This document shows, piece by piece, positions 34,136 through 64,000 of a DNA stretch of 64,000 nt. A program made the translations under genes and the position numbers. This stretch comes from Amoebidium appalachense (lineage: Eukaryota > Protista > Ichthyosporea). Location of the stretch: contig CAVNZM010000012.1 of NCBI GenBank assembly GCA_963693365.1, positions 2,356,001 to 2,420,000 on the forward strand. Direction: 5' to 3'. Below the pieces are notes generated by a model. That model made no database searches. It was given only the letters and a program-made list of their open reading frames with translations, and was not told the origin of the DNA. Position 1 is the first letter of the stretch, and the number at the start of each line of letters is the position of its first letter.

Positions 34136-34291
34136 CTCGGGAAGGGGGATTGGGGGGGGGGGGGGGGAGTAGTTGGGGTTGAGGTTAGGTGCTTCATGTC
34201 GATCGTTATTCATATAGTTGCTAAGACGTTTTGGGCATATGCAAGGATGAATGAATGAGTCTGTGATCGTCTGTGCCTAGGTGAGAAAGGA

Positions 34292-34322
<31 letters not shown>

Positions 34323-34676
34323 AGGGGGCAGGAATGAGCACTCATGCAGGCCAAACTATCTGATGAAATGAAAATCACTTTGGAAATTACGGATCCTCAG
34401 AAAAGGGAACCCGTATTGAGACGACCCCTCCCCCCCCCCCCCCGTTTTGACCCACCCAAGTTCAGTTGATGCTGCTGTCTGAGTTGGAGCGTCGTATATA
34501 TAAGGGGTCGAAACACAGACGCGATTGATGACTTGGGTCCTCCCTGAGGATGGGCTCTGCTTATGACGCATACTGTGCACATGGCTGATGTTGCATATTT
34601 GAATGTTTGCCTTTGTATGTGTCCTGCACCATGCTTCTCGTCGTGTATGCGTACTTCGTACCGTGTTCCGCATTCA

Positions 34677-34710
<34 letters not shown>

Positions 34711-34739
34711 GGCCCAAGTTCTCACGTGAATGTCCGAAG

Positions 34740-34776
<37 letters not shown>

Positions 34777-35180
34777 GAGATTGACAATGCATGCAATCTT
34801 GCCCTATCACCCAACGGGCCACAACCATATATTTGTTCGAGTGTGGCTAACGTCTATTTATCGAGCAGGAGTGGCCAGTATGCCCGGCTGCCCGAGCTAC
34901 CTTACACACCGGGCTCGGATGCTGCTGGTATTGTCAGAGCCGTGGGTGCAGGTAACCCCCCTCCCCCCCCCCCTCCCCCTCCCCCCCGCGCCTTCCCCCT
35001 CTCTACCCCATCCCGCCCTCCCGCCCTCCCGCCCTCCCGCCTGAACACATATTCAAGTGCATGCACCCACACAGACCCCCCCACACACACAGTGTCGCAC
35101 AAACACAGACACCCAACTTCACTCCACCCCTCCCTGTTTCCTCTTTCTACCCTGGCACAAGATGGGCCCCGGCTCTGATC

Positions 35181-35217
<37 letters not shown>

Positions 35218-35825
35218 CCCCCGCCCCAAAAAAAAAAAAAAAAAAAAAAAAAAAAGAATTCCTTGCCTGGGACCAAGCCATGCCCGGCCTTTTACCAACC
35301 AGTTACTTCCACCCAACTTCGATTCCGTACATCACCAATTCATATCAACAGCTACTACACCGGCATAACCTCTACAGTGTTTAAGAGAAGTGGCTAAGTT
35401 GATTCAAACCTGTTGCTGCAGGTGTGCTTTCGTGTGCCTGATTAAATTATAACCACCCATCCATATTGAAATATCACCACCCATCCATATTGATATATCA
35501 CCACTCATCCATACCGTATATCACCACCCACCAATACCTATGTATTACCACCCGTCAATACCGATATATCACCACCCATCTACACCGAATGTCATTAACC
35601 AGCTGTTTCCAATTTAACCACTCATCAACACCGAACAAATTCACCCATTCTCACCGGAACTTGCAACTTCACGTGCAGGGGTGAGCAAGGTTAAACCCGG
35701 AGATCGAGTGTACGTGTCAGGCACTCTGACTGGGGCCTATGCCACTGCTGCCCTTGCAAGGGTCGAACAGACATGGCACCTGCCCGAAAAGGTCTCCTTC
35801 GAACAGGGTGCAGGTGTGTACCCTA

Positions 35826-35900
<75 letters not shown>

Positions 35901-35913
35901 ACACACACACACC

Positions 35914-35995
<82 letters not shown>

Positions 35996-36306
35996 GCGAG
36001 CGAGAGAGAGAGAAAGAAAGAGAGTAAGAGACGATTATGGTTGTGGGCGATAAGAGGCGGGTAGGTGTGCGGGTGGATGGGCGGGTGGTGAGTTTGGAGG
36101 GGGTGGGGAAGGGGGCGGGGTGGGCTGATTGAAATCACGCATCATGTGTAATAATGGAGCTAACAGCCAATCCCGCCAGCCATCCCCATCCCCTATGCCA
36201 CGGCCTACCGTGCCCTCTTCCAGAGAGCACACACCAGACCGGGCTCAAAGGTTTTGATACATGGTGCTAGGTATATACCTCCCCCCCCCCCTTCCCCCCC
36301 TCTCTC

Positions 36307-36337
<31 letters not shown>

Positions 36338-36747
36338 AAAAAAAAAAACTTTTTTCGCGTCTAGTATCGCACTTTTTATAATACCAAATCCAGGTCATGC
36401 GATGTCTGGGCATCTGCCGTGTGTGTCAGGGGATGTTTGTGTGTTTGGGGGATGGGTGGGTGGGTGGATTTGGGGGGGAGAGGGGGTGGGTGGGTGGATT
36501 TGGGGGGGAGAGGGTTGAAGGAGACTGGCGTGCGTTTCGTGTTGTTCTTTTTTTGTGTATGTGTGTGGGGTTGGGGTTGGAGGGTGGGGGTGAGGGGAAG
36601 CGAGGGGGGGGGAGGGGGGGGGATGTTGCCCAGGGGATGGAGATGGGGAAGGTGGATTCTACTGACACTGACGGTGTGCTTTGCAGCGGGGGAGTCGGAG
36701 TAGCAGCAGTGCAGGTGGGTGGTGTGTGTGTGTGTGCGTGTGCGCGT

Positions 36748-36780
<33 letters not shown>

Positions 36781-37188
36781 TGTGTGTGTGTTGGGGGATG
36801 GGGTGCATATGGATGTGTATGTGTGGGTGATGAGGAGTGGGGGCAGGCGACAGAGGCGAGAGGACGAAATGGGGAGGGGAAGGATGGGTGGGTGGGTGGG
36901 TCTGTTTTTTTTTTTTTTTTTTTTTTTTTGGGGGGGGGGGGGGGGGGGAGAAGGGGGGGGGAGAGAGAGAGAGAGAGAGAGAGAGGGAGAAGGGGGGGAG
37001 GGGAGGGAGGGGGGAGAGGGGTAGAGAGAAAGACAAAAAGACAAAGCGAAAGCGGGAGAGAGACAGAGGAGGCTGGAGACAGCAATGCAGCTTAGTGGTC
37101 ATGTGCATCTCTGAGTGTTTGTGGTTAGAGAGGGACCGGGTCGGGGTGGTTGGATTGGGTGGATGGGGGTGGGGGTGGGGGGGTTGGG

Positions 37189-37249
<61 letters not shown>

Positions 37250-37318
37250 GGGGGGGGGGGGGGGGTGTTAACAGTTTGAAGTTCTCTTTTCGGTTTTTTG
37301 AGATCAAGGTGTGTATGT

Positions 37319-37350
<32 letters not shown>

Positions 37351-37724
37351 GGGGGGTGCGAAATGGGGAGATGGCTGTCTGGCTTGGGTGTGGGTGCAAG
37401 ATAATGTGTGGTTTTGTGCAGGGCACAAGGTTATGAATACTAGGTGGATGGTTGGGATGAGCGATGACAGCTTTGTGGGGGGAGGGGGGGAGGGCAGAGA
37501 AAGCATGTGTGTGTAATGTGTGAGGGGAGGTGGAGGGAGTGAAGGATGGAAGGAGAGAGAGGGGTTGGGGGAGAGAGAGAGGTGGGGCTTTAGTGGTAGT
37601 AGCGACGATAATGAGGGAAATTCAGATTCACATCTCTTTATCTTCGTCATTCGAGCATTTACTGTTCCTAGAATTCACAACGCTTCACCCAGTCCACTCG
37701 TGGCTCATTACCCCCCCCCCCCCC

Positions 37725-37759
<35 letters not shown>

Positions 37760-37942
37760 GTTTATCCACCCACCCCCAGCTTGCGCGTGCAGCGGGTGCG
37801 TTGGTGATTGGCAGTGCAGGCAGCCAGCAGGGGATGGATCTGATTTTGAGGGGAGGGGGCACACCATGCAGTCAACCACAAGGACCAGGGTTATACTAAG
37901 AAGGTGGGGGTGGGGGTGGAAGTTTAGTCTGTGTGTGGAGGT

Positions 37943-37973
<31 letters not shown>

Positions 37974-38033
37974 AGGGGGAGAAAGGGGAGGGAGGGGGGA
38001 TTGGTGGTGGTGGTGGTGGTGTGTGTGTGCCGC

Positions 38034-38106
<73 letters not shown>

Positions 38107-38162
38107 GGAGGGAGGGAGGGGGGATGGGGTGGGTGTATGGTGGTGGTGGCGGTGGTGGTGGC

Positions 38163-38219
<57 letters not shown>

Positions 38220-38632
38220 ATTGCATGTGTGTGTGGTGGGGGGAGGGGATGGGGGGCGGAGGAAGAATTGGGGTTGGGGGGAAGGGGAAGGGGGGGAGGG
38301 GGAGGGGGGGAACAAGGGGGGTGAAGTGTGTGTCAGTGTGGGAGGGAAGGAGGGAGGGGCTATGGAAGGGTTTGATGAGGAATAGGTAAGTAAAGAAGAT
38401 AAAGAAACTTTGGAGACATAGACAAGAAGATATGTGGTCTGGTAGTAATTGAAAAGTGATTTGTGGCCAGCGAGAAATGGGCAAAATGCGCAATCAAAAA
38501 AACGGACCTTAATCAGATGGGCAAGGAAAGGTGGCTAACAAACATGATTCTCTTGGAGTAGTAGGGGTGTGTGTGTGTGGGTCGGTGCAGGTGCGGTTGT
38601 TTGCGTATGTGTGTGCGCGTGCGTGCATGCGC

Positions 38633-38672
<40 letters not shown>

Positions 38673-39335
38673 GTGTGTGTGGTGTGCACGTGTGTGTGTT
38701 TGTGTGTGTGTTCCACGTTTCTGTGTCTGTGTGGGGTACGTGTGTAGCTGTGTGGGTATGATTCCGTTAGTTGGTGATTTGAGCCTAGAGCCTAATCAGG
38801 GGGGGGGGGGGGGGGTTCAATAGATTATGGAGCTGGCACCGGGGGGGGCTTGATGTGATCATTGAGATGCTGGCCAACGTCAATCTCGGCAACGACCTGC
38901 CCATGCTGGCACCAGAGGGGGTGTGTACAGTTTCCCTGTGTCAGACTCGTTATCTGTGTAAATGTGCATGATTGCACACCCCCAGTCTGGCTGATTTTTC
39001 TACGTGTGTCGATTGAACTCTCAGTTGTAGCATAATATGCTTGTGGTAATTTGCAGCTGTTTTGCCAGTTGGTGTTTTTCCTCGTTGGTTTGGTTTTTCC
39101 TCATGGCGACAACGTATATCCCACGCCCATTTAACACGGTATATCCCATGCCCATATAAGCTGGTATACCCAACACTCTGTCACAAGGATAATCCCACAT
39201 TATGTAACAATATGCCACACTCTTTTGACAAGGTATATTCCACACTCCTGTCACAAGATATATATCTCACAGTCTTTTAGCAAGATATACCCCATACTCT
39301 AACAAGTTATAACCCCTTTGCGTCTCCCCCTCCCC

Positions 39336-39367
<32 letters not shown>

Positions 39368-39631
39368 TTCCCCTTGCCCATCCTCCACCCCCGATCCCTC
39401 CTTCTTTCTTCTTCTCTTGCCAGGTTCCCCTCGATATCTAACACATGTATGCAGTGTGTGGCAGTTGTGGGGTCACGAGGCACAGTGGAGATCAACCCAA
39501 GAGACACGATGATGCGCGAGGCCAGCATTCTGGGTGTCATCTTGGGTACACATACCCCTCTCCCTTCCCCCCTCTTCCCTCGCAAACACACACACACACA
39601 CCTACGCGAACACGCACGTGCGTGCACACAC

Positions 39632-39691
<60 letters not shown>

Positions 39692-39763
39692 CTCCGGAGC
39701 GCCCACCTTGCTTCCTCGTTTTTGGCTGAGCGATTTCGTCTGAAATGTCACCACACGTGTATA

Positions 39764-39794
<31 letters not shown>

Positions 39795-39874
39795 TTCCCC
39801 ACGGGCGCTTTCCCCCTCTTGCCCCCTTTTACCCCCCTCCCATTTTCGCCTCACTTTCCCGTTTTTAGCCCCCC

Positions 39875-39910
<36 letters not shown>

Positions 39911-40198
39911 CCCCCAACCAAAAAAAAAAAAAAAAAGAAAGAAAGAAAGAAAAGAAAAGAAAAAAAGAAAGAAAAAAAGGAAAGAAAGCACGTGGAACTA
40001 AACTTGTGTTCTACAGCACGCGCCACACAAGCGGACCTCGAAGCCATCCACTCAGCCGTTCACAAGGGGCTAGAGGACGGCAGTCTTAGACCTATGGTGG
40101 GGAGGGTCTACAATCTGAATCAGGCAGCTGAGGCGCACAAACAGGTCATATCACAGAGTGGCGGGGCTGTGGGTAAGATTGTGCTGAAGGTTGAGTGA
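33145..40198 (+). CDS. CRYZ: NADPH:quinone oxidoreductase, zeta-crystallin family (MDR superfamily)
   Basis: Exons: 33145-33240, 33884-33936, 34869-34951, 35679-35813, 36180-36270, 36687-36714, 37780-37903, 38824-38920, 39455-39545, 40017-40198. Motifs: [85 protein letters not shown]. Two apparent +1 G errors fall in G runs (~37850, ~38845). Confidence 0.93.
34444..34678 (+). mobile_element. 5'-truncated copy of the 3' end of the Penelope-like element, inserted in a poly-C tract (CRYZ intron)
   Basis: Highly similar to 54483-54711. It ends ...CCGCATTCAAA and is flanked by poly-C on both sides (34430-34443, 34679-34708). Confidence 0.85.
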
Positions 40199-40371
40199 AA
40201 GGGGTGGAAATGGGTGGGTTTGGGTGGGTGTTGGGTGGGTTGGGGTTGGGTGAGTGTAGGGAGAGCCCGGGATGGGGTGTGTGTGTGTGTGTGTGTGTGT
40301 AAGTTGGTGAGTAGCGTCTTAAATTATTTAATTATTTCAAGATTTACATCCGCTTTATTCTGGGGGGAGGT

Positions 40372-40407
<36 letters not shown>

Positions 40408-41575
40408 TGGTCACACACATGCATGATAATATTGGTGTAATAGGGTTATTTATCACAGCAAAAGTGAACGTATATCCGTGTATATGATTTGCATGTACAG
40501 AGGAATTATTAGCCGACCCGGGGCATGTGCGTTGTTTGCTAACATACGGACATAAATATGATGTATTACTGCGACATGAGCATAGATTGCCAAGCACAAG
40601 GCAGCCAAGATCATCCCATTAGGTTCACATTTTCTTGTTATCTATATTGGTTAATTATGTAATGACGGCTGGTGAATATTGATGATGTCAATCTTGATTC
40701 ATGTTGTTGGTCATCTCTCTTTTCTTTCTGAAATCGTGCAATACAATGACCTTTCCATCTCAAGCTATTTCTAGAGAGCAGTGCTATTTTAAACTTGTCT
40801 CAATAAACTTTTTAATCCGAACACTTGCAGCTTTTTTTTTTTTTTTTTTTTTTGCCCTCCTTCTTTTTTCCCCGACCACATGCATCCAACATCTTTGCAG
40901 CTCCTGCACCACGTCTGACTGATTGTTTGAGTATGGTTGTAATGAAGTAAGCACTATGTGCGTGGGGGCATATTTGGAAAACCCCCGCACGTGCCATGGC
41001 TATATAGTCCGCGGCCGGGCCAGATTTGAGCTATGATAACAGGATTTCTTTTTTCTTTTTTCCCGGCAAATGATTTCATCCAATGTCGGGGTACACGATG
41101 GACACGAGATGGTCACTTAGACAGCTTTACTGGATATATATATATCCAACGAGATATGCCAATAACGAAAATTCCACCGTAGCTAGTACTTCCAAAACTT
41201 ATGCATATGCTCAGCTACGAACCTTGGAGCATTTATCACTGACGGCAACCAGTGCAGCTTCGACTCAACAGCATTCATCACGATCACTGCTCTCGCTCTC
41301 CACACGATGTCATGTGAGATAGTCATAAGAAGGGGTTCCCGAATGCCTGCCGGCTGGAAACACCTCAATATAGCTCTTGCCTCCCCTTCCCCCCCCCTCT
41401 GTTCTCCCCCTCCCCCATCACCACCACCACCACCCACACACGCACACACACAACACCCACACACGCACACACACAACACCATGGCCCACACGGATACGCA
41501 CAGCACCACGTACCACCACCATACGCAATCACACTCGGCTCTGTTTTCTTCCTGAACGTTCGGGCACCAAACAAA

Positions 41576-42946
41576 TGTTGGAAGTAGAGTCCGCTGTGAC
41601 TAGGGTCGTCGTGGCGCGCTTGGGCGCTGACCCGTTTTTTACTGCTTTCAGTGTGTTAACTCCATGACTGAACTCCATGACTGAACTCCATGACTGAACT
41701 CCATGACTGAACTCCATGTCTGCACCTGGCAGAGACGTGGCTTATATACCCGTGGGGCAGCAGTCTGGAATGTAATCCGGATGCCAGGTGCTAATCGGAT
41801 TGGTTACTTTCATTTAGAGATCTCTGGGACCAGTGAACCAATCGTTTGCAGTCAAAACACAATTGGCAACATTCCTCAACTATGCAGATGTGCATGTGGT
41901 GATCGAGTGTCAGCGTGTGTCTGTGTACACGGAACCAATTGTAAAGCTAACATACACATATTGTGGAGTGAGCGTAAGTCTGCACTCCAACACCCCTACC
42001 CAATTGGAGAAGTGTACACACCACTAGAGAAGAGAGAGTGAGTGTGGCTACTTGCAGGGTAGACCGGGGTGTGCATTCCACTGTGGTGCTTGCCCCGCCA
42101 ATGAAGTGGAATACTTGACGTTGATGTCGCAGGCTGCTGCGGATGGAGTTTGTGGAAGCGAAAGTCTCTACTTCACGGAAATACGCTCGCGGGTGTAGGG
42201 TACAGCCTAGAAGTCGGTTTCTGGGCTCCTCCGTTCAAGGCGTCGTAGGGGACGTGAAGTTAGAGGCCGCGGTGTCGTGTCTGGGCCCATAACCCTGTTG
42301 GAAGTAGAGTCCGCTGTGACTAGGGTCGTCGTGGCGCGCTTGGGCGCTGACCCGTTTTTTACTGCTTTCAGTGTGTTAACTCCATGACTGAACTCCATGA
42401 CTGAACTCCATGACTGAACTCCATGACTGAACTCCATGACTGAACTCCATGTCTGCACCTGGCAGAGACGTGGCTTATATACCCGTGGGGCAGCAGTCTG
42501 GAATGTAATCCGGATGCCAGGTGCTAATCGGATTGGTTACTTTCATTTAGAGATCTCTGGGACCAGTGAACCAATCGTTTGCAGTCAAAACACAATTGGC
42601 AACATTCCTCAACTATGCAGATGTGCATGTGGTGATCGAGTGTCAGCGTGTGTCTGTGTACACGGAACCAATTGTAAAGCTAACATACACATATTGTGGA
42701 GTGAGCGTAAGTCTGCACTCCAACACATATCCGGATGCCAGGTGCTAATCGGATTGGTTACTTTCATTTAGAGATCTCTGGGACCAGTGAACCAATCGTT
42801 TGCAGTCAAAACACAATTGGCAACATTCCTCAACTATGCAGATGTGCATGTGGTGATCGAGTGTCAGCGTGTGTCTGTGTACACGGAACCAATTGTAAAG
42901 CTAACATACACATATTGTGGAGTGAGCGTAAGTCTGCACTCCAACA
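41576..42946 (-). mobile_element. Non-autonomous copia-type LTR retroelement (TRIM-like)
   Basis: LTRs TGTTGGA...TCCAACA at 41576-41992 and 42296-42725, plus a duplicated LTR segment at 42729-42946. TSD ACAAA at 41571-41575 and 42947-42951. The PBS on the minus strand is GGTTATGGGCCCAG (42281-42294), complementary to the tRNAiMet anticodon arm. A short PPT GGGTAGGGG lies at 41993-42001 (-). The 303-bp internal region is non-coding. Each LTR carries 13-bp AACTCCATGACTG repeats. Confidence 0.92.
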
Positions 42947-43051
42947 ACAAATACAGTGCAGGAATGCAAAAATACTGGTCATAAAACATCTTTCCGTGAA
43001 AACCATTTGATATATACCAACCATGTCCACAAACAAGACGGGCCACCTCAT

Positions 43052-43085
<34 letters not shown>

Positions 43086-43251
43086 AGGCGCAGGATCCAG
43101 CCCTGACCTCTTGCTATCCTTCTATATGGTTCAACCTACGTTACTAATAAACAAGTACACCAAAATCTCTCCAATGATCTAAACCCTAACACACTGCAGA
43201 ATAGCAGCTGGTCGTTATTTTTAGTATTATCTAGTAGAGGCCGTGCTAATA

Positions 43252-43716
43252 TTAATCGTCGTCCTCCATACGTTTGGCCTTAGCCCTGTGGCCCTCTGGG
43301 CCGTGATCCGTATGGGGCCTCTTGGTGCCCTGCTGCTCCTTCTTGGCGGTGGGCTGCAGGCTGGTTGCACCAATCAGGGCATAGACGGTACCACTTGCAC
43401 ACACACCAAAGAAATCGTCTTTCCCGGGTACCTGCACACAGTTGTTTACAGGGTAAGCAGTTGCGCATTTTGGCGGAGTAGTGTAAGGGGCATGTGTGGG
43501 TGTATGGCAGTGGCGATGGGAAAAAAAAAATGGGGGCTCTTGGGGTCGCCTTTTTGTGGTTTCATGCGAGTGACCGAGAGAGGGAGGGAGGGAGGGAGGG
43601 AGAGGGAGAAAGGGTATGTGTGTGTGTGTGTGGGTGTGGGTGTGGGTGTGCGTGGGTGGGTGTGCGTGTGTGTGTTGTTTGCGTGTTTTTTCTTTCTTTC
43701 TTTCTTTTTTTTTTTT

Positions 43717-43747
<31 letters not shown>

Positions 43748-44940
43748 GGGGGGTAAATGCATCTTCTACCTGAGCCATGCCAATCCATCTTCCATCAGCA
43801 CGAAAGTTGCTACTGTCCAGCCTGCTCGTCTTCTCATACTTCACCGACCACGACCCACACCCAAACTCCCCATCCACCTTTGCAGCCGCAAAACACACAT
43901 CTCCGGGCCATTCCGCCCCGCCCCGAAAAAAACACGTGCGCCACATCGAACTTTAATGCACCCTTCCACGCACCCAAAGTGCTCCATTTTTTTCCGTCGT
44001 AAACGTAAACAATGCGGTCACTGCCTGCAACAGCAACTCTATTATTAGCAACAGCGGAGGCCAAAAGGGACCCTGCACATGGCATAACACGTGCTACACA
44101 CCCGGCTTTTTCCTGCATTTGTGAATCCCAAACACTCAGTTGGTTCCCCTCCGTAGCGACGACCAATGGCGGGAGCTCCGGGTCATGTGACATGAAATGG
44201 AGCGACGTGATTGGATGGACAGTATGGAATGTTCTCGTGCAGGTTTCGCCGTCGTATAGGTTTATACATTGCCGAAACTGCATGGCTGTAGCCGTAACAT
44301 TTTCCTGTGTGGGCGATAGTGCAACACCCGCCCAACCGGGTTCACCTATTGGTGATGGTGGTGGAGTGAGGTGGATAGTTTTATGTTTGCCGTCTAGAGT
44401 ACTGACTATTGCGTAGCCGGATCCATCAATCGTGGCTACACGCTGGGTGCTTGCGTGGTATGCAACACTCACAATCGGCTTTCTGTGTGAGTTAAATGCA
44501 TAGGTTAGCACGTGGTGCTCATCTGACGAGCATAAACTCTGGTGGTAGCAACGTCTGTGTACCCTTTGCACCGACCTTCTCTCTATGGAGCTCGAACTTC
44601 GCAGCCCGCAATGTGACAATCAAAAAAAGTCCAATAGCATGACAATCTGTCCCCCCTCACCCCCCAAGAAACCACCACAGAAAAAAGAGAGAAAAAAAAA
44701 GGGAAAAAAACAAAAAAAAACCACAACCATGTACACCAACACCCAACCAGTCCGTAACATGTTGGTCCCTCCGATTCTCTCCATCTTCCCGACCATCGCC
44801 CCTCTGGAACAAAACTAACTCGTTGATATGGCCCCAAAAAACTGCACGTACCTTCCCCCCCAAAAACACACACACACACACACCACCACCACCACCACCT
44901 CCAACCCCCCCCCCCCCCCCTGCCCCACCACTAGCACCAT

Positions 44941-44976
<36 letters not shown>

Positions 44977-45158
44977 CTTGGCTCCTCCTCCAAATCTTCT
45001 TCCCCCCTCCTCCTCCCCCTCCCCACGCGAGAGACAGAGTAAGACACAGATCGAGAGAGAGGGGAGAGGGGGGGAGAGGGGGGGGAGAAGGGGGGAGGGA
45101 GGGAGGGAGGGAGGGAGGGAGGGAGGGAGGGAGGGAGGGAGGGAGGGAGGGAGGGAGG

Positions 45159-45193
<35 letters not shown>

Positions 45194-45218
45194 GGGGGGG
45201 GGGGAGGGGGGGGGGGGG

Positions 45219-45297
<79 letters not shown>

Positions 45298-46786
45298 TAG
45301 AAATTCGTCATGCAAGCAGCATAATTAGGCACCCAGCCACCAGCCATGCTGCACCACCCAACCACACACACATAGGAGCACACAACACACACACACCTGT
45401 GTGTGCCGTGACCTTCGACCTTCTCACACCTGAGGTCTTCGAAAGTGTTTGCAAAGGCAGTGCCTTTGTCTGGGTCATAACTGCTGGCGTTGCTGGCCAG
45501 TCTGTAGGTAGATCAGGTCAGCATAGTCTACAACAATTTTATTTTCTCTCCTTTTCTTATACTTTCATCTCCTTTTCTTTCTTCCTTGTCTTTTCTTACT
45601 TTCTTTACATATATAGATATTTGGGGGGGGGGGGGGGGGGGACCCAGGCAGGGCACTAGGTCGAAGGTAGCAGAGATGGGGAGGCACGGGGATAAAGGGG
45701 AAGGAGGGGCATGAGATATCTTGGTCTTGTTGAACGTGGGTTGACCCGTATGAGGGGTCTTAAAAGAAACCGGTGGCAGGAAGGGCAGGAAAAAAAAAGG
45801 AAAGCACGTTCAACTAAGGCAAAGCCCAAGGGTATTTGGTCTAAGAAAAAGGAACATATGACGCCCGGGGGGGAGGGGGGGGGGGGGGGGCGCTAGGAAG
45901 TGGGGGGAAGAAGAAAGAGGGAGAGGGGGGGGGGACGCAAGAAGAGAGGGAGGTAAGGTGGAGGGAGGGAGGGAGGGAGAAGGTTGCAGGGGCAGGGTAG
46001 AGAGGTCGGGGGAGGCAGAAAGGGAGGGAGGGAACGAGAGAGGGAGGGAGAGAGGGGGACCGAGCGCGGGAGGGCAACCAGGCGAGCGAAAGAGAAGGGC
46101 CCAAAAGAAGTGATAAAACAGAGAGCGCAAGACAGAGAGAGTGCTGAAGGAGAGATATTGAAGAGAGAGGTCGAGGGGAAGAGAGCAGAGTGAGGGGTTA
46201 AAAGGGAGGCGAGTTTGCGATAAAGGGGGGGTTGGGGGTGGGGGGGGAGGCGGAGTGGGTGGGAGGAGGGAGCGGGGAAGAGGGAGGGAGTGAGGAAGGG
46301 AGGGGGGGGGGGGGGGGGGGGAGGGGGGGGGGGAGGGGGGGGGGGGGGGGGATGCAGGTACATCACACAGAACACAAAACCAGGCAGCATCAGGCTAAAT
46401 ACGCAAACTTAGTAAGTTTTTTATTTTTTAATGATCTTTCCCCCACCATGTTCAGCGCACAGTCGGCACCCTCCTACAATACATACCCCATAACCCCCCC
46501 CCCCCCCCCCCCCCCCCAAACACACACGCACACAAACGCCAAAAAAAAAAAAAAAAGAAAGAAAGAAAGAAAAAAAGACACGTGTATTCAGTTTCCCCAA
46601 AACCTACCTTACGGTCATCCGCATGAGTGCACCACCCACAGCCACCAGTGCCGTGGTGCTGTCGACGGCAGCAATTATGGTTCCGATGGGGTTCCCAGCG
46701 GACAAACTACAGTTTACGCCACTTGCGTCCAGGGCAGCTCTGAGGTTGCCCCGATGCACGAACAGAGAGCTCTCTTTCTCCATCAT
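43252..46786 (-). CDS. WD40/beta-propeller repeat protein of unknown function
   Basis: Exons 46786-46608, 45501-45397, 44482-43770 (one apparent frameshift near 43925 in a T/G run) and 43431-43252 join in phase. WD-like repeats: H.KPIVSVAY...VATID, EGNQLSVWD, VAGSDRIVYVYD, NFRADGRWIG. Confidence 0.75.
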
Positions 46787-47418
46787 AGCACTTATAACAG
46801 TAATGTGCGAATGATATCGTAATATTGTAAAATTCCGTTATATTGTAGAATTCCGTTATTCAAGAAAACAGAAACTGGAAAAATGTTGAACTCTGTTTTC
46901 ATATGCATGAACAGAAATGCAGGCGGACTGATTACGCGTAATCAGGTGAGCTATAAGCCATTCAGCGACAAGGTCTTACGTAAGTGCCAGTGGTGCTCCC
47001 AAAAAAAGCAGCCAAGATTTTTGGCGGGAAATATCACCCTTGACCTTTTTTCACGTGCCCTTTGTGCATGAAGTGGCGCACCAGCAGCTAACTTAGGCTG
47101 GCACAAATAAGAGTGGGGAAAGAGAGTTGGTTTTCATGAGCGTGAGGAGAAACAGGGTTGGCTGCAGTTCTTAAAAGAGCTTTATCGTTTCGTTTGGCAG
47201 GGTGGACACAAATAACTTTACCCTTCGGCCTGCTGGCGGCCCAACCAAAGATATAATATAAATCGAGATCCGGGAAAACTGAGTGTTTCTGGATAGCCCA
47301 TAAAGTAACGCAGAGAAAAAGATAGCAGCGAATTGTGTGGTTGAGTGTCTTTTTTGGTTGGCCTTCCCCCTTTTTTTTTGGCTGGCGGCTTGGAAGAGCC
47401 TCCCGGTTTCTGGAGAGA

Positions 47419-63974
<16,556 letters not shown>

Positions 63975-64000
63975 GTAATGCCCCCCCCCCCCCCCCCCCC

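Noticed and set aside
37845-38850. Frameshifts in CRYZ (and in the WD40 gene near 43925) as programmed frameshifting or pseudogenisation
   Set aside because: Each is a single-base indel within a homopolymer run in an otherwise intact, conserved gene; sequencing error is most likely.
41657-42451. 13-bp AACTCCATGACTG arrays as a CRISPR-like array
   Set aside because: Head-to-tail repeats with no spacers, located inside both LTRs of a retroelement in a eukaryotic context.
41703-43010. Repeated 90-112 aa ORFs (MPGANRIGYFHLEISG...) as a tandem gene family
   Set aside because: They are incidental frames within the LTR copies, with no recognisable domain.

Overview
Eukaryotic genomic DNA, intron-rich, probably from a protist; a unicellular opisthokont is plausible but I cannot prove it from sequence. 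Introns are packed with poly-C/poly-G, (CA)n and (GA)n tracts, so most of the supplied ORF track is artefact. By hand-splicing at GT-AG sites I reconstruct eight genes. (1) The 3' part of a mucin-like/bulb-type-lectin gene (+). (2) An atypical Ras-family GTPase (-). (3) Kynureninase (+). (4) An intronless secreted Cys/Pro-rich repeat gene with frameshifts (-). (5) PC4/SUB1 (-), head-to-head with (6) zeta-crystallin-type quinone reductase (+). (7) A WD40 gene (-), head-to-head with (8) Nup210/gp210 (+, runs off the window). Mobile DNA includes a young non-autonomous copia-type LTR element (TRIM-like; half-tRNAiMet PBS, 5-bp TSD) and a 5'-truncated Penelope-like (Naiad/Chlamys-type) retroelement in a Nup210 intron. 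The most notable signal is a ~160-nt motif at the 3' end of that element and in three other copies, all ending at poly-C tracts. The copies show covarying helices, a consensus kink-turn, and all hammerhead core segments (GUU, GAAA, CUGANGA) in an order that fits none of hammerhead types I, II or III. It is a candidate re-wired, pseudoknotted self-cleaving ribozyme.
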